This document shows, in pieces, positions 1 to 12,273 of a stretch of DNA of 64,000 nt (positions within the stretch are counted from its first letter, which is position 1; the number at the start of each line of letters is the position of its first letter). The translations under genes and the position numbers were made by a program. The stretch lies in contig BCGN01000002.1 in the NCBI GenBank assembly GCA_001599295.1, positions 310,001 through 374,000 of the forward strand, given 5' to 3'. The stretch is from Sporopachydermia quercuum (Eukaryota). Under the pieces are notes generated by a model. It was not told where the DNA came from, did no database searches, and worked only from the letters and a program-made list of their open reading frames with translations.

Positions 1-3000
1 GATGATGAAGTGAAAACTTTGTACGGAAATGATGAACTTTAATTAGTATGTGAAGTTAAAATAAAGTTAAAAGCTAGCTAAAGCTTATTACCTGCTCTAT
101 CCTCCTTTTGCGGGCCGAGAAGTGATTATGAAGAAGAGCAAGGATCGATTAGTTGCGGTTGATACAGTTTTAGCAGTAAACCACTGCTATTTGTGGGGAA
201 AAAGCTAGAAAGAAAAGTCTATGTTTATTGTCTTTCTTTTCAGCATGCGGAAATCAAAATTGGAAAGGCCGATTATTGGAATTAACTTCCTGGGTTGATT
301 TCCAGCTATCTGGATGCAGATCTAATAGGATTTAGGGCTGAATTGTGTTATATTCCTTGGATTATTTGTAGAATTAATAATCGGTGGATTTTTTGAAGAC
401 TTTTATTCTTTCCTTCAAGATTTCTGATTTTCATTATTGTCCAAACTGCCTTTGTTCTTTCGTTTCAATGTGCAGTTATTATCAGCTTTTTAAAGTCAAA
501 GAGCTGCAACTGCAGCAAAGCTTGTAAGAAATAAACTTTGAGATTCCGCTCCGTAAATTTCCTAATTAGTATTATTTTAAATTTTCGGAAAATTGACAGA
601 AAGCTTATTTCTAAATCAAAAAACTCTCTTATGATTTGAAGGTGAAATATCAAATAAATGCTGTTTTCTCTCTACATTTTTATTAATTTACTGCTTAATC
701 TTTTGTGTTGTGGGTTAATTATTTGAATTTTGGATTATAATAGTTGAAGTTTATACGGAGGTTGCAGTCTGTTCTTGTGCTTCAATCAAAAGAAGTTTCT
801 TCGATCGGGGAAGTGAAAACTAGAGTAGAGCTATCTATCATACCATTATTACTTATAAAATCTAAAATTTAGAATGCCAAATTATTAAATCTGCTAAATA
901 AGTAACTGATTTCAATTCCTTCAGCAATATAATTTCTTCTCAGTTGAGAGCATTTTGCTTGTTGTAACGTTTTTCAGTATAGTCGTCCCAACCAAAGATC
1001 AATTACTGACAGGCTTGCAACTTGTTGATACAGGTAGTTAATATCTTATTATGAGGCCAATAAGTTGAATCTTTGGCGGATTCTCTATTGTGAGAATAAA
1101 TTGTCCAAAAATATCTAATAATGCTGTGTGGAGGAGTATGGAGATCGATAGTTATTCCAGTCTTTTTCTTGTGTTTTAATCGAACATACTTCCGCCTCCT
1201 AGCTTATTCTACATATTGGATACATCAAACATTCTCATGCTTTTGTCAAAATTGATCAGCTGCAAGCATCAAGCACCAACAGTCCTTGATTACTCAAAAT
1301 TTAAATATACAACAATGTAATCAATGGAACATTTTTCTTTTAGTGATCTAAATTTATAGATTGTTTTCGATGACTCATTAAACCATACCATACAAATAAA
1401 GTTTACTGATCGGATTAATTCTCCGGAATCTTATTTAAACAAAATGCGGTCCGTAAACGGTTTAGCTTTTGGGCATTCCACTCAAAACTCAAGTTCTTCG
1501 GTATATTTTTGAGACATAGGCACTCCTTTCTTTTCGCATTGGATAACAGCCGTGTTGTAGACGCCGATATTCACCGTTACAGGATCTTTGTCTATGTATG
1601 GTTTAGCTCTGGATTATCAATATTAAGCAATTACAGGGATTTTAGAATGTGGGGTATTGTTTGGGGTTCGTTCAACTCCGATGAATTTAGTTCACTTAAA
1701 TGGCAGCGAATGGATCAAAGAAACGAACAAAAAATAACTCCAAGTTACATCTTGTTTAAGTTTCATTTTGCCAGGTGCAGACAAAAGCAGAAAAAAGCCG
1801 AAAGACTGGTGCTCTTATAATTATTAGTGTTTTCCAAGAAGATCGAGTGACAGAAATTAACCGAAAAAGAACTGTGCTTTATGGTAGAATGAGAATATGA
1901 AGCAGTGTGAGAAGTGCCTCCTAGAGAGAAAAATGATTCAAACAAAACGAGCTTCAAATAAAGATATTGAAGATATTATAAGGAGCCTTTTTTGGATTTG
2001 CTAAAATTTCTGGATAGCACTCTCCATTCAGAGGAAAGAAATATTTGTTATTGGTTCTTTCATACAAATAGAACAGGAGAAGAACGAGCATTATCAATAA
2101 GGTTTCGAGAGTAGTCCGTTTTCCTAATAAAGGTTAAAACTTAATGTATTTTTGTTCTTATTCACTCAACAACGAAAAGTATATTGAAGGCAAACGTGAA
2201 GATGTCCTGTTGATGATATTTCGTTTTCATCTTCCCAACAGTCAATTCAAGAAGATGTAATTGCAGCTTATTATTGTTAATCTCAATACTGCTATTACTC
2301 TTACAATTGGAATTATATATAAATGGAGAACTTGCTGGTAATATAATATAGTTCCTAGTTAGTCTAGTTTACATTTAAGGTTGAACCCAATTATATTTCA
2401 CCTTAATGTTTTAGTTGACAGTCCAATTTGATGCCTGGTTGTTTCGTCAGATTAAATTCATCAATCCCTTAAATGACAACAGGATTGAGTAAGGCATATA
2501 ACAAAATTCTCCGTTCTTTTTTCATCCAGTTTTTTTGCAAATTAACATCAGTGCTTTTCTTATTTCTTTCAATTTATTTTGAATCGTCTCGGTTATTATC
2601 CCTTCGAGATTGTCCTAGGCTGGGAATATTCCCTTTACTCTACCATATCTCAGCACATTCTGTTTGCTACTTTTGTCGTGTTTCACTTTTCAATCAACCT
2701 AAATACTAAACAGAAGTACTCAATAATGGATCATTTAGTCAGTTTTTTTTTCAGTATTTCACCGAACTTCGACATATCCCATTCTTTTTGTACCTCATTA
2801 ATAAATACATTATCAATCAACTCTTCCCTTGCCTAGCAATGCTTCTCCGTCTTTCCATTTCCCCTCCCAACTTATCTTGCTCCACACACCTGTTTTGAGA
2901 CAATATTAATCTTTCCACTCTCCCCTACAAAAAAATATGTTTATATTCGTCCCAATTAGGAAGGATTCTATATTTAACCTCATTAAAACACAATTTTGCT

Positions 3001-3231
3001 TTACAAGCAAATCAGATCAAATCACATCTTCACTTCCAGCTTTTACCATATGTAATGACAGTTTGTTTTTAGTACTGAACGAAACTGTATGTCTTATACA
3101 AAAGCCAATCAGTAGATATTGCAATTAAACACCATTTAACAGTGCTGTTCTATTATTTGAACTGCAAGTGCTGAATCAAAGTATTTACCTTTAGCTTGCG
3201 ATAGTATATAGTATCATGGTGCTAAGTCAAT

Positions 3232-6200
3232 ATGGCATCTGGGAATATCAACAATGGGAACCATTATCAGGCCGCTGATCTGACGAATATTCCAGCATTG
3301 AGTGTTGAAAACTCAAGTGTTATCTCACAATTAGCCTCGGTTTATCACCATAGCAATCCAGTAGCTAAAATATCCAGCAAAGCTCTGGTGAGTATCAACA
3401 CCTTTGCAGGAGTGACCCAAGCACATACTGAGGCATTTAGCCAATTAGCTATCAATGCATATAAAAGATTATTGCAACAAGATGAAGACCAAGCAGTGTT
3501 ATTTCTGGGAGAATCAGGTACCGGGAAATCTCAGTATAAAACGGAGGTAGTCAATTTTTTGCTCTCGCAAGCTAATAATCCTATCTCGGGTAGAATATCT
3601 GACGCTTTAAATGTGTTCTCTGCCTTCACTACTACTAAAACTAATAACGGACTGTTCACATCGCGAGCGGGACAAGTGATTGAACTCCAGTATAGCCAGG
3701 ACTCAACACTAATTGGTGCTAATATTTCAGACTATCGTTTAGAAAGATCGCGAACTAGCAAAGTACCTATTGGAGAAAGAAACTATCATGTCTTTTACTA
3801 CTTATTTGCTGGTCTTTCTCCAACTGAGCGAACCCATTTATGTTTACCAGCTCCTTCAAGCCAGGAACGACTCTGGTATTTAGGCCATCCTTCACAATTG
3901 AATATTACAGGGATTGATGATGCAGAAAAGTTCTACGAGCTGCTGGGAAGCTTCCGGGTTTTGGGCTTTTCTAGAACAGACATAGCTAATATATGTCAAC
4001 TTCTAGCTGCCATTCTTCATATCGGTCAATTGACGTTCAGACCTACTGAGAATTCAGAAACAGGAGCTTTAAGCGAAGTTGTGTTCTATGACCGTTTAGA
4101 ACGTATCTCAAAGTTTTTGGGAGTTCGCACTGAATTGCTAGAAACAGCCTTGAGCTTCAAATCTACTATTGTTCACAGGGAAAGGATTACCAAAGTATTA
4201 GACGTTGATGGTGCCAAACAAAGTGCGGACGACTTGGCACGTTGTTTATATGCATTCCTATTTTCTTGGATTATGGAAAAAATCAATAATAGGATATCTC
4301 AGGATCATTCAACGGGGGATTTTTCTGATATCCACAATGTTTTCACTATTGTTGATTTTCCTGGTTTTACAACTTCGCATACTATCCCAGTGTTGGATAA
4401 GCTATTGCATAACTCTGCCAATGAATATTTTCATAACTTCATGCTTACTACATATTTCCAAGCGTCGGCAGAGTTGCTGGAAACTGAAGAAATCACTGTC
4501 CCGGAGAATGAATATTTTGATAACTCTGATACAGTTACCTCGCTATACAGACCCCAACTAGGACTACTATCAGTAATTGATGATTACTCTCGTCGGGGAA
4601 AAAGCGAGAATTCCTTCTTGGAATCCGTGCGAAGAAGATATGAGAAAAACGAGATTATTAGAGCTCCACATGATGGTTCACGTAATTTTATTATTACACA
4701 TTATGCTGGTGAAGTTGATTATAAAGTAACTAATCTGTTGAGCAATAATATGGAGGCCATATCAGGAGACTTTATTAATCTGTTCACGTCATCATCAACA
4801 TCGGATTTCCTACAAGTGATTTTTTCATCAAAGGCAGTTGTCAGTGATAGTGATGACCAACCGGACTCTGCAGTAAATTCTGGCAGTATTACAAGAATGA
4901 AAAGTGTTAAACTATCATCAAAACCAACTCGACAGCCAACATTGGTAAGGAAAAGTACAGTTAAGCGAAAAGAGAACTCCAATTCCAAAGTGGCCGAATC
5001 GGGTAAGGAAGCCATTACTAGTTCAAACTTAAATCTAAACTCTAATCTTACATTGGAATCAACTCGTTCAGACGCTTGTGTTCAGTTTGCAGAATGTATG
5101 GACGATTTGATCTCTTCTTTGAAGTCTTCGAACGTTTATTTTGCGTTTTGCATAAAGCCTAATGATAGGAAAATCCCCGGGCAGTTTGATGCTCGCTGTG
5201 TAAAACAGCAGGTGATGGCATTCCAGTTACCAGAGATAATAAAACGGGTTCAAACTGTCGATTTCGGTTTATTCTTACCTTTTAGCGAGTTCCTAAAGCT
5301 CGTAAATGAAAACTACGATCCAAACTCCGAGGGTTCACTTAATAATAGCACGGATAATATATCTGAACGGGAAAAAACTATAGCTTTAGTCAAATACCAC
5401 AACTGGTTAGATAGAGACATACGGGTAGGCACTACCGGAGTTGTGCTTTCAGAACCTTTATGGCAATTGATACTTGGATCCTCAAACGCTATTGATATAA
5501 CTAAAATAGCTTTGAAATCAGCTGCTGCCGATAACGACAATGATGCTGATGGTATCGGATATGCTGGTGAGCAAGCTTTTGGTTATGATCCTAACTCTTC
5601 TCTATTGAAGATTACTCCAGGAAGCGATAATGACAATTTGTTTAAATTCACTGACACTAAATCAATATATGGGCCTTCTCTAATGCATTTAAAACATGAC
5701 GATGCTGACCATACAGCACTGGCGGCTGCGGAGGCTGCTAATCAACAGGGCATTCAGACTGTCTCATTCCAGCGGAAATTCTGGCTGGCAATAGTGACAG
5801 CATTAACCTTCTTTATACCAGAAGTTCTTATGAAACATATTGGCAGAATGAAACGGAAAGATGTCCGTGTTGCCTGGAAAGAAAAGCTTGCGATTAACAT
5901 TCTCATATGGCTTTCCTGTGGCATCATGATCGTCTTCCTTATTTTCTTCCCAATCTTAGTATGCCCTAACCAAGATGTGTACTCGCAAGGTGAACTAGCC
6001 GGTTATAGCTTCGGTGCTAACCCCAAAAAGACATACCTAGCTATTCGTGGCACAGTGTTTGATATTACCAAATTTTCTGCTGCCCATTATCCTTCTATAG
6101 TGCCTCAGAGTAGTATTCAGAACTACGGTGGTTCAGACTCCTCCGACTTGTTCCCGATGCAAGTATCTGAATTGTGTCAAGGAACAACCGGAGAAGTCAG

Positions 6201-8727
6201 TAAGTACATTATCATGGGCACTAATACTAAATATCAAGATACCAACGCTCAATATCATGATTTCCGATATTTCACCGGTGACTATAGACCGAATTGGTAT
6301 TCCGATATGATGCTCCGGTTCAATCACAACTATAAAGTAGGCCACATTGGCTATACAGGCTCTGATATTGATGAAAAGCTTGTTGGGGATAATGGGAAAA
6401 TCGTAGCTGTCATCAATGGTAATATATATGATCTTACTATGTATATCAACAACGAATTCTCAACAAGAGCTCCCTCTGGCGAAAAAGTCCCCAATGACGT
6501 TGATCTACAGTTCATGGACTCTTCTCTGATTAGCCTGATACAGACAAATAACGGACAGGATATAACGAGTGCGTATAACAAGCTAAACATGGATTTAGAC
6601 CTGAGAGAAAGAATGAACGTTTGTTTGGACAATCTCTTCTTCATAGGCAAATTAGATACCAGAGACTCTGTCCGATGCCAATTTGCTAGGTATTTCCCTT
6701 TGGCTATATCCTGTTTTTTGGTAACAGTGATTGCATTCAAATTCTTTGCTGCTTTACAGTTCCATAAGGCCTCAGCACCAGAACAATCAGATAAGTTTTT
6801 CATTTGTCAAATCCCTGCTTATACAGAAGACGAGGGATCTCTCCGCAGAGCAATTGACTCTCTGGCATGCTGCAAATACGACGATAGAAGGAAACTACTG
6901 TTTATTGTATGTGACGGTATGATTATTGGTGCTGGAAATGAAAAATCAACGCCAAGAATTGTTTTGGATATTTTGGGAGCTCCTGAGGATGCAGAAATCC
7001 TTAGCGAGCCACTCAGTTTTGAAAGTTTAGGCGAAGGAAGCAAAAGGCATAATAGGGGTAAAATCATCTCCGGCTTATACCAAGTAAACGGCCATATTGT
7101 TCCTTATATTGTATTGATCAAAGTAGGTACCATTGATGAGATCAATAGACCTGGTAACAGAGGTAAAAGAGACTCACAAATGATACTTATGAGGTTCTTC
7201 AACAGAGTTCACTTTGAGCTACCTATGTGTCCTTTAGAGCTAGAGTTGTATCATCATATGCAAAATATCATTGGTGTGGACCCTCATTATTATGAATTTC
7301 TACTTCAAGTTGATGCTGACACTGCTATTGATAAATCAGCAGCAAGCAAAATGATTGCTGCTATGGTTTCCGATACTAAAATCATTGGGTTATGCGGTGA
7401 AACAGAATTGTACAATGCTAAACAAACAATCATTACTATGATTCAAGTGTACGAATATTATATTTCTCATAACTTCACCAAAGCTTTTGAATCATTGTTT
7501 GGTTCTGTCACTTGTTTACCTGGTTGTTTCACCATGTATCGTGTTTATGACGCCTTTGATAGAAAGCCTTTGTTTGTTGCCCATTCAATTATAAGAGCTT
7601 ATCAAGTCAATGAGGTAAACACCCTCCATATGAAAAACTTGCTTCATTTAGGTGAAGATAGATACCTCACAACTATCTTATTAAAACACTTCCCCAGGTT
7701 TAAAACAAAGTATTTACATGATGCTAAATGTAATACTATTGCTCCTGATAATTTCAAAGTTTTTTTATCCCAACGAAGACGATGGATTAATTCTACTGTG
7801 CATAATTTAGTTGAATTAACATCCATCAATCAGTTATGCGGTTTCTGTTGCTTTAGTATGAGATTCATCGTTATTTTGGATCTTGTAAGTACAATTATTC
7901 AACCTGTGATTATTGTTTATTTGGCTTACTTGATTTACCTGATCGCCAGTTCTGATAATGGTGTTCCTGTGACTTCTTTAATAATGATTGCAGCTGTTTA
8001 CGGCTTACAAGCACTGATATTCTTATTGAGAAAGAAATGGGATATGATAGCTTGGATGATCATATATATGATAGCAATACCTATATTTGCTGTCGCTTTA
8101 CCATTATATTCTTTCTGGAATATGGATGATTTCTCTTGGGGTAATACCAGAGTTGTTATGGGTGAGAAAGGCAAGAAAGTAATCCTTGGGTCTGTTGGTG
8201 TGTTTGATCCCGATGAAATTCCTTTATTGAGATGGAGAGAATATGAAAACGAAGGGCTTGGAGGAATAGGAGGAGAAGGAGGTGTGGGAAGAGATTTTGT
8301 TGCAAATGGTACAGGAACTAACACTTATGGACGCTCACCCTCTTTCACATCTCTATCGAATGTTATGGCAAGAAGATCGTTCTATGCTAACAATGATACA
8401 ACATACTCTCAAGGATCATTTTCTAGATCACCTTTCAGCGATTCCAACGCTATAGATAATAATAATTACGATCTCCAATCATTAACTGTTGCTGCCGCTG
8501 CTAGTGCTGTTGGGGGTGCCGGTACAGGGTTTACGCCAGATGTAGCCGCTATCAGTGANAGCGAGATTATACACGAATTGAAGGATATAATTGCTACCAA
8601 TGATTTAATGCAATTAACTAAAAGAAGTATTAGGACTGAGTTAGAAAAACGGTTTGGTGTTTCTTTACAGGCTCGAAAAGAGTTTATTCGATTTGCAGTT
8701 GAGGCTATTTTGAAAGGAGAACTATGA
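3232..8727 (+). CDS. Chitin synthase with N-terminal myosin motor-like domain (class V type), 1831 aa
   Basis: P-loop GESGTGKS and myosin motifs ERNYHVFYYL and DFPGF; cytochrome b5-like region (VFDITKF...HYP); division-2 chitin synthase core (GNRGKRDSQ, QVDADT, LHLGEDRYL, QRRRW, WNMDDFSWG); C-terminal DEK-C-like tail. Confidence 0.96.
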   Translation: MASGNINNGNHYQAADLTNIPALSVENSSVISQLASVYHHSNPVAKISSKALVSINTFAGVTQAHTEAFSQLAINAYKRLLQQDEDQAVLFLGESGTGKSQYKTEVVNFLLSQANNPISGRISDALNVFSAFTTTKTNNGLFTSRAGQVIELQYSQDSTLIGANISDYRLERSRTSKVPIGERNYHVFYYLFAGLSPTERTHLCLPAPSSQERLWYLGHPSQLNITGIDDAEKFYELLGSFRVLGFSRTDIANICQLLAAILHIGQLTFRPTENSETGALSEVVFYDRLERISKFLGVRTELLETALSFKSTIVHRERITKVLDVDGAKQSADDLARCLYAFLFSWIMEKINNRISQDHSTGDFSDIHNVFTIVDFPGFTTSHTIPVLDKLLHNSANEYFHNFMLTTYFQASAELLETEEITVPENEYFDNSDTVTSLYRPQLGLLSVIDDYSRRGKSENSFLESVRRRYEKNEIIRAPHDGSRNFIITHYAGEVDYKVTNLLSNNMEAISGDFINLFTSSSTSDFLQVIFSSKAVVSDSDDQPDSAVNSGSITRMKSVKLSSKPTRQPTLVRKSTVKRKENSNSKVAESGKEAITSSNLNLNSNLTLESTRSDACVQFAECMDDLISSLKSSNVYFAFCIKPNDRKIPGQFDARCVKQQVMAFQLPEIIKRVQTVDFGLFLPFSEFLKLVNENYDPNSEGSLNNSTDNISEREKTIALVKYHNWLDRDIRVGTTGVVLSEPLWQLILGSSNAIDITKIALKSAAADNDNDADGIGYAGEQAFGYDPNSSLLKITPGSDNDNLFKFTDTKSIYGPSLMHLKHDDADHTALAAAEAANQQGIQTVSFQRKFWLAIVTALTFFIPEVLMKHIGRMKRKDVRVAWKEKLAINILIWLSCGIMIVFLIFFPILVCPNQDVYSQGELAGYSFGANPKKTYLAIRGTVFDITKFSAAHYPSIVPQSSIQNYGGSDSSDLFPMQVSELCQGTTGEVSKYIIMGTNTKYQDTNAQYHDFRYFTGDYRPNWYSDMMLRFNHNYKVGHIGYTGSDIDEKLVGDNGKIVAVINGNIYDLTMYINNEFSTRAPSGEKVPNDVDLQFMDSSLISLIQTNNGQDITSAYNKLNMDLDLRERMNVCLDNLFFIGKLDTRDSVRCQFARYFPLAISCFLVTVIAFKFFAALQFHKASAPEQSDKFFICQIPAYTEDEGSLRRAIDSLACCKYDDRRKLLFIVCDGMIIGAGNEKSTPRIVLDILGAPEDAEILSEPLSFESLGEGSKRHNRGKIISGLYQVNGHIVPYIVLIKVGTIDEINRPGNRGKRDSQMILMRFFNRVHFELPMCPLELELYHHMQNIIGVDPHYYEFLLQVDADTAIDKSAASKMIAAMVSDTKIIGLCGETELYNAKQTIITMIQVYEYYISHNFTKAFESLFGSVTCLPGCFTMYRVYDAFDRKPLFVAHSIIRAYQVNEVNTLHMKNLLHLGEDRYLTTILLKHFPRFKTKYLHDAKCNTIAPDNFKVFLSQRRRWINSTVHNLVELTSINQLCGFCCFSMRFIVILDLVSTIIQPVIIVYLAYLIYLIASSDNGVPVTSLIMIAAVYGLQALIFLLRKKWDMIAWMIIYMIAIPIFAVALPLYSFWNMDDFSWGNTRVVMGEKGKKVILGSVGVFDPDEIPLLRWREYENEGLGGIGGEGGVGRDFVANGTGTNTYGRSPSFTSLSNVMARRSFYANNDTTYSQGSFSRSPFSDSNAIDNNNYDLQSLTVAAAASAVGGAGTGFTPDVAAISXSEIIHELKDIIATNDLMQLTKRSIRTELEKRFGVSLQARKEFIRFAVEAILKGEL

Positions 8728-9141
8728 GTAGATAAGTAGAAGCAGAACAGAAGCAAAACGGAATGGAATGGAATGAAACTTAATGGAACGGATGTAACGG
8801 ACGTAGCTAATGCAGAGAAAAGAATGTCAAGCGTGTGTTCTACGTAACAGTAACATAATCTCGGATTCTCGGAACTTTACTGTTCTATTGAATAAAGTAA
8901 TTCAGATGGGATCAATCGTAGTAGAGCAAACGGATAACCAAAGTAATTGAAGCTATGGAGATCTTTTTCTGTATGGGATTATAATTAAAGAAGGCTTTAA
9001 GATGATTTACTTGATACCCATAGTGATACCATATTCTTGGTGATAGACCATCTATATTATATAAAAGGTCTAGACCTTTAAAAAACATCAAATAATTGAA
9101 TGTGTTTTCATTCAAATGAAATTATTTCATGAATCTTTACA

Positions 9142-9184
9142 GTAACTACTACTAATACTACTGCTACTACTACTGCTACTACTA
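9142..9184. repeat. Imperfect (CTA/CTG)n trinucleotide microsatellite
   Basis: taactactactaatactactgctactactactgctactacta, between convergent CHS and RPB8. Confidence 0.8.
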
Positions 9185-9683
9185 AATGAACAGTGGCAGC
9201 TGACATAACTACCATTAAATGAATACTCGAGAACCAACAATATGGTTTCTCAGCAGTTATTAATTTAATATGCACGTACTATTCGTTTTCCCTCTCTCCA
9301 CGTTATAAAAAGTCTACTAATCACTTTTATATTTCAATATCAATAGTTAATTTCTTAGCTCGTTTCTAATCCATTCTTGATTTCTATTATTACATTCGGT
9401 TAGTGATAGAGCAGCCTGTTATTATTTGATATCCTGGGGAAAGCTGCTAAAGTTAGCTTCCATTAGTTTCTAGCCACCGGCTTTCAGTTCTAGCAAACTC
9501 CACCAAGAATTCCAACAATCCGACAGATTCTATCACTTTTTCACTATTTTCCCTTCTTTCATTGCCTTTCACTTATTAACAGTTACTCTTCATCGCACAG
9601 TATCATCTCATTCAGCACATGTAAAGCAATAAAACAGCTTTATTCCATCCCACATTACTAATCAAATACTCCTCCCAAGTGTT

Positions 9684-10696
9684 TCATCGTCTGATTAGAA
9701 GATAGACATTTTCTAGTTTCAAAGCAGATAGTGATCTGTAATCACCTTCTAAACACATCAAAAGGCCACCAAAGGATACATAGACAGAGCTGCATATTTA
9801 GTTAATATGATAAGTCCTTTATAGACCAATAGGTAGAGATATAAGTCTAAGGAAAGGAAAGAAGGAAGAAACAACAATTATCATGATATGAGTAAAAACT
9901 ACTCGTGGTTTGATTGATCCAGCAACAAAGAGGACAAAAAGCAGAAGAGAAAAATAATGAAAGCGGGAGAATAGAATGTATTACCTGCTCTAATAATTAA
10001 GAGATAACTATCAGTTCGATTTCCATTAAAGCAGCAGAGAACCGAAACCCTTTCGAATTACTGAGAATTGTTAAATTCTCACATGCTTGCCATTCAATTC
10101 AAATAATGATTTCAAGTACCTTGTAACATAATGACAATAGTACCAGAGACACTTTTCATTGAATATTCAAAGAAATTCAGTGATTTCTACTAATTTCGCT
10201 TTCCACTACTCAATTGTTCTTCTGTTGCTCATGCTGTCTATCTCTATTCGCACTCCTTCCTATCCAATGCTAATTCAATCTCAATCAAGACATATCAAAC
10301 ATTTCTTCCTTACTCTTTCTTCCCATCCTACATCATCAACACTCTTCTAATAACAAATATTACTTACACTTTATCTCCAGTTGATTCATCAAACTTATAA
10401 ACAGTTCCATACATAACATACTCATAATCATCAGCTAAGCTTCTTTCCCCGGCCTTAGGTCTTCTCCATCCTCTGGACGTTTCGGTTTCTCCCTCTCCAT
10501 CAAGTGACAACGATTGCGCAACACTGACAGTGAAAGTTTCACCATTGGAAATAGGAAATAATTCACTATTGACATCGAGGGTCAACGACATATCTGATGA
10601 TGTTGTTGATGATGCTGTTAATCTTGTAACTCTGTCATATTGGCCAGGGTCAACTTCAGATACTTTGAATACATCATCGAATAATAAGGAACTCAT
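9684..10696 (-). CDS. RPB8: RNA polymerase I/II/III shared subunit Rpb8 (RPABC3), 2 exons (10696-10368, 9789-9684), 144 aa
   Basis: [10 protein letters not shown]...[22 protein letters not shown] donor at 10367, TATTAAC branch, CAG acceptor at 9790; exon 2 reads [20 protein letters not shown]...VYLLIRR*. Confidence 0.96.
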
Positions 10697-12273
10697 TGTC
10701 AATATATCGGACTGAGTATAGTATGTTATATAGTGATGATTTAATCGTTTTCTACAATGAAAAGGGCTTCCAACGATAATTACTGCTGAATGATAAAGCT
10801 CCTTTGTTGATTGATTGGTTTGATGAACGGAAAGAAGAAAAAATTTCAGTTTTGCAAGGCAGAATAAGATTTAGATTTAGAGATGAAGAGAGATGTGAAG
10901 TTATTTAAATGATTATGTAATGTTAAATAGGTGTTGAAATAGGGATAGAAAAGTAAGCAGGTACAGAGGATATAAATTATTTAACATGCAAGGGAAAAAG
11001 GGAAGAATAGTTTAGTCTAAATAAGTTCCAATGAAAGTTTTGAAGGTAGCTTTCATCGAGAAAAGGATAAAACTCATTGGCGCTTTTGATGGGCATTGAA
11101 GTTGAGACACAATATATGCTGTACAATTTCTGCATCCATTGAGCATATGATTCAAACTAATGATTGGATATTTGGATATTAAAAATAGAAAGCATGCTCT
11201 TTCTTGCAATTGAGATAAATTACAAGCCACAAAGTTCAAGAAAGCTAGGCTATTAGCTATGGTGTACCTATAATATAAATTTTCACTATCCTACTTTCTA
11301 GTAGAGCAACTTCTGATGTATCTATTACAAATTTCGATCTTCTGAATCATCTCCTAGATGCACAACTATGCATATAGCAGAATATCCACCACAAGGATTG
11401 AATTGTCATAGATTTTAAATTTTTCTATTTTCTATGTATTTGTCTTATCGAGGTAGTTTATATATCAAAAACTAAACGCATCTTAGGTATAATACGTGCA
11501 TTACCCTCCCATGACTTACATTTCTGAATGCATTCCCTCCTTTTTTTTGGCTAGCACCCATCCAATCCGGCTAAACTGTTGTTAGCATTACACCACTCGT
11601 AGCTAGCTAGATAAATCACAACCCCAGACAACTATTCAGACCTCCTCATCCCCAATTATCTCACTTTTTATTCCATTTCTACCATACTATTCCTCGAATA
11701 AGTCCTAGCATTTCTCATACTCCTTCTCCTCTCCATCTGACTCACATGACTTCCTCCACTTCCATTTCTGTCACATGTCTTATAACCGTCCCTTGTCTCA
11801 TATCTCATTCCTTTTCCAGAACTCTCAAACTCTATATGAAACACAAACTCATTACTTATAATCCACAGATAGAAAAAATCATCATTATTATTGTCTGCCG
11901 TTCTTTGTATTCCTCCTGCTTCTTTTCTACGGTTCTTTCTTTCTTATAATACGCCAATTCCTTATGTTTTCACTGAAGTAGATCAATTGATAAGCTGAAA
12001 TCTTCCGCAAACTATCGGAAGCTCGTTTTTGGTCTCAGAAGACAATTTTTGGATCACCATATCTCATCCTAGACACACCATCTATCCAGTGAGGCTCTAA
12101 CGAGTACTGATTTCCCCTTAATACTATTCAAGTATTGGCACTAAACGCTGTGCATTTATTACATTTTCTTGCAATTTTATCACCAGTCGCACATTTTAAA
12201 TCGCAGTTTCACACTATATCAAGCTCGAGGATTCTAATGGTGCATTTAGTTTTTTCTCTGATGAATATTGATA

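Noticed and set aside
1..42. Possible 3' end of a CDS (DDEVKTLYGNDEL*)
   Set aside because: Only 13 codons at the window edge; cannot be supported without upstream sequence.
1900..2270. Protein-like fragments (YKEPFLDLLKFLD..., KYIEGKREDVLL...)
   Set aside because: Many stops and no recognisable family.
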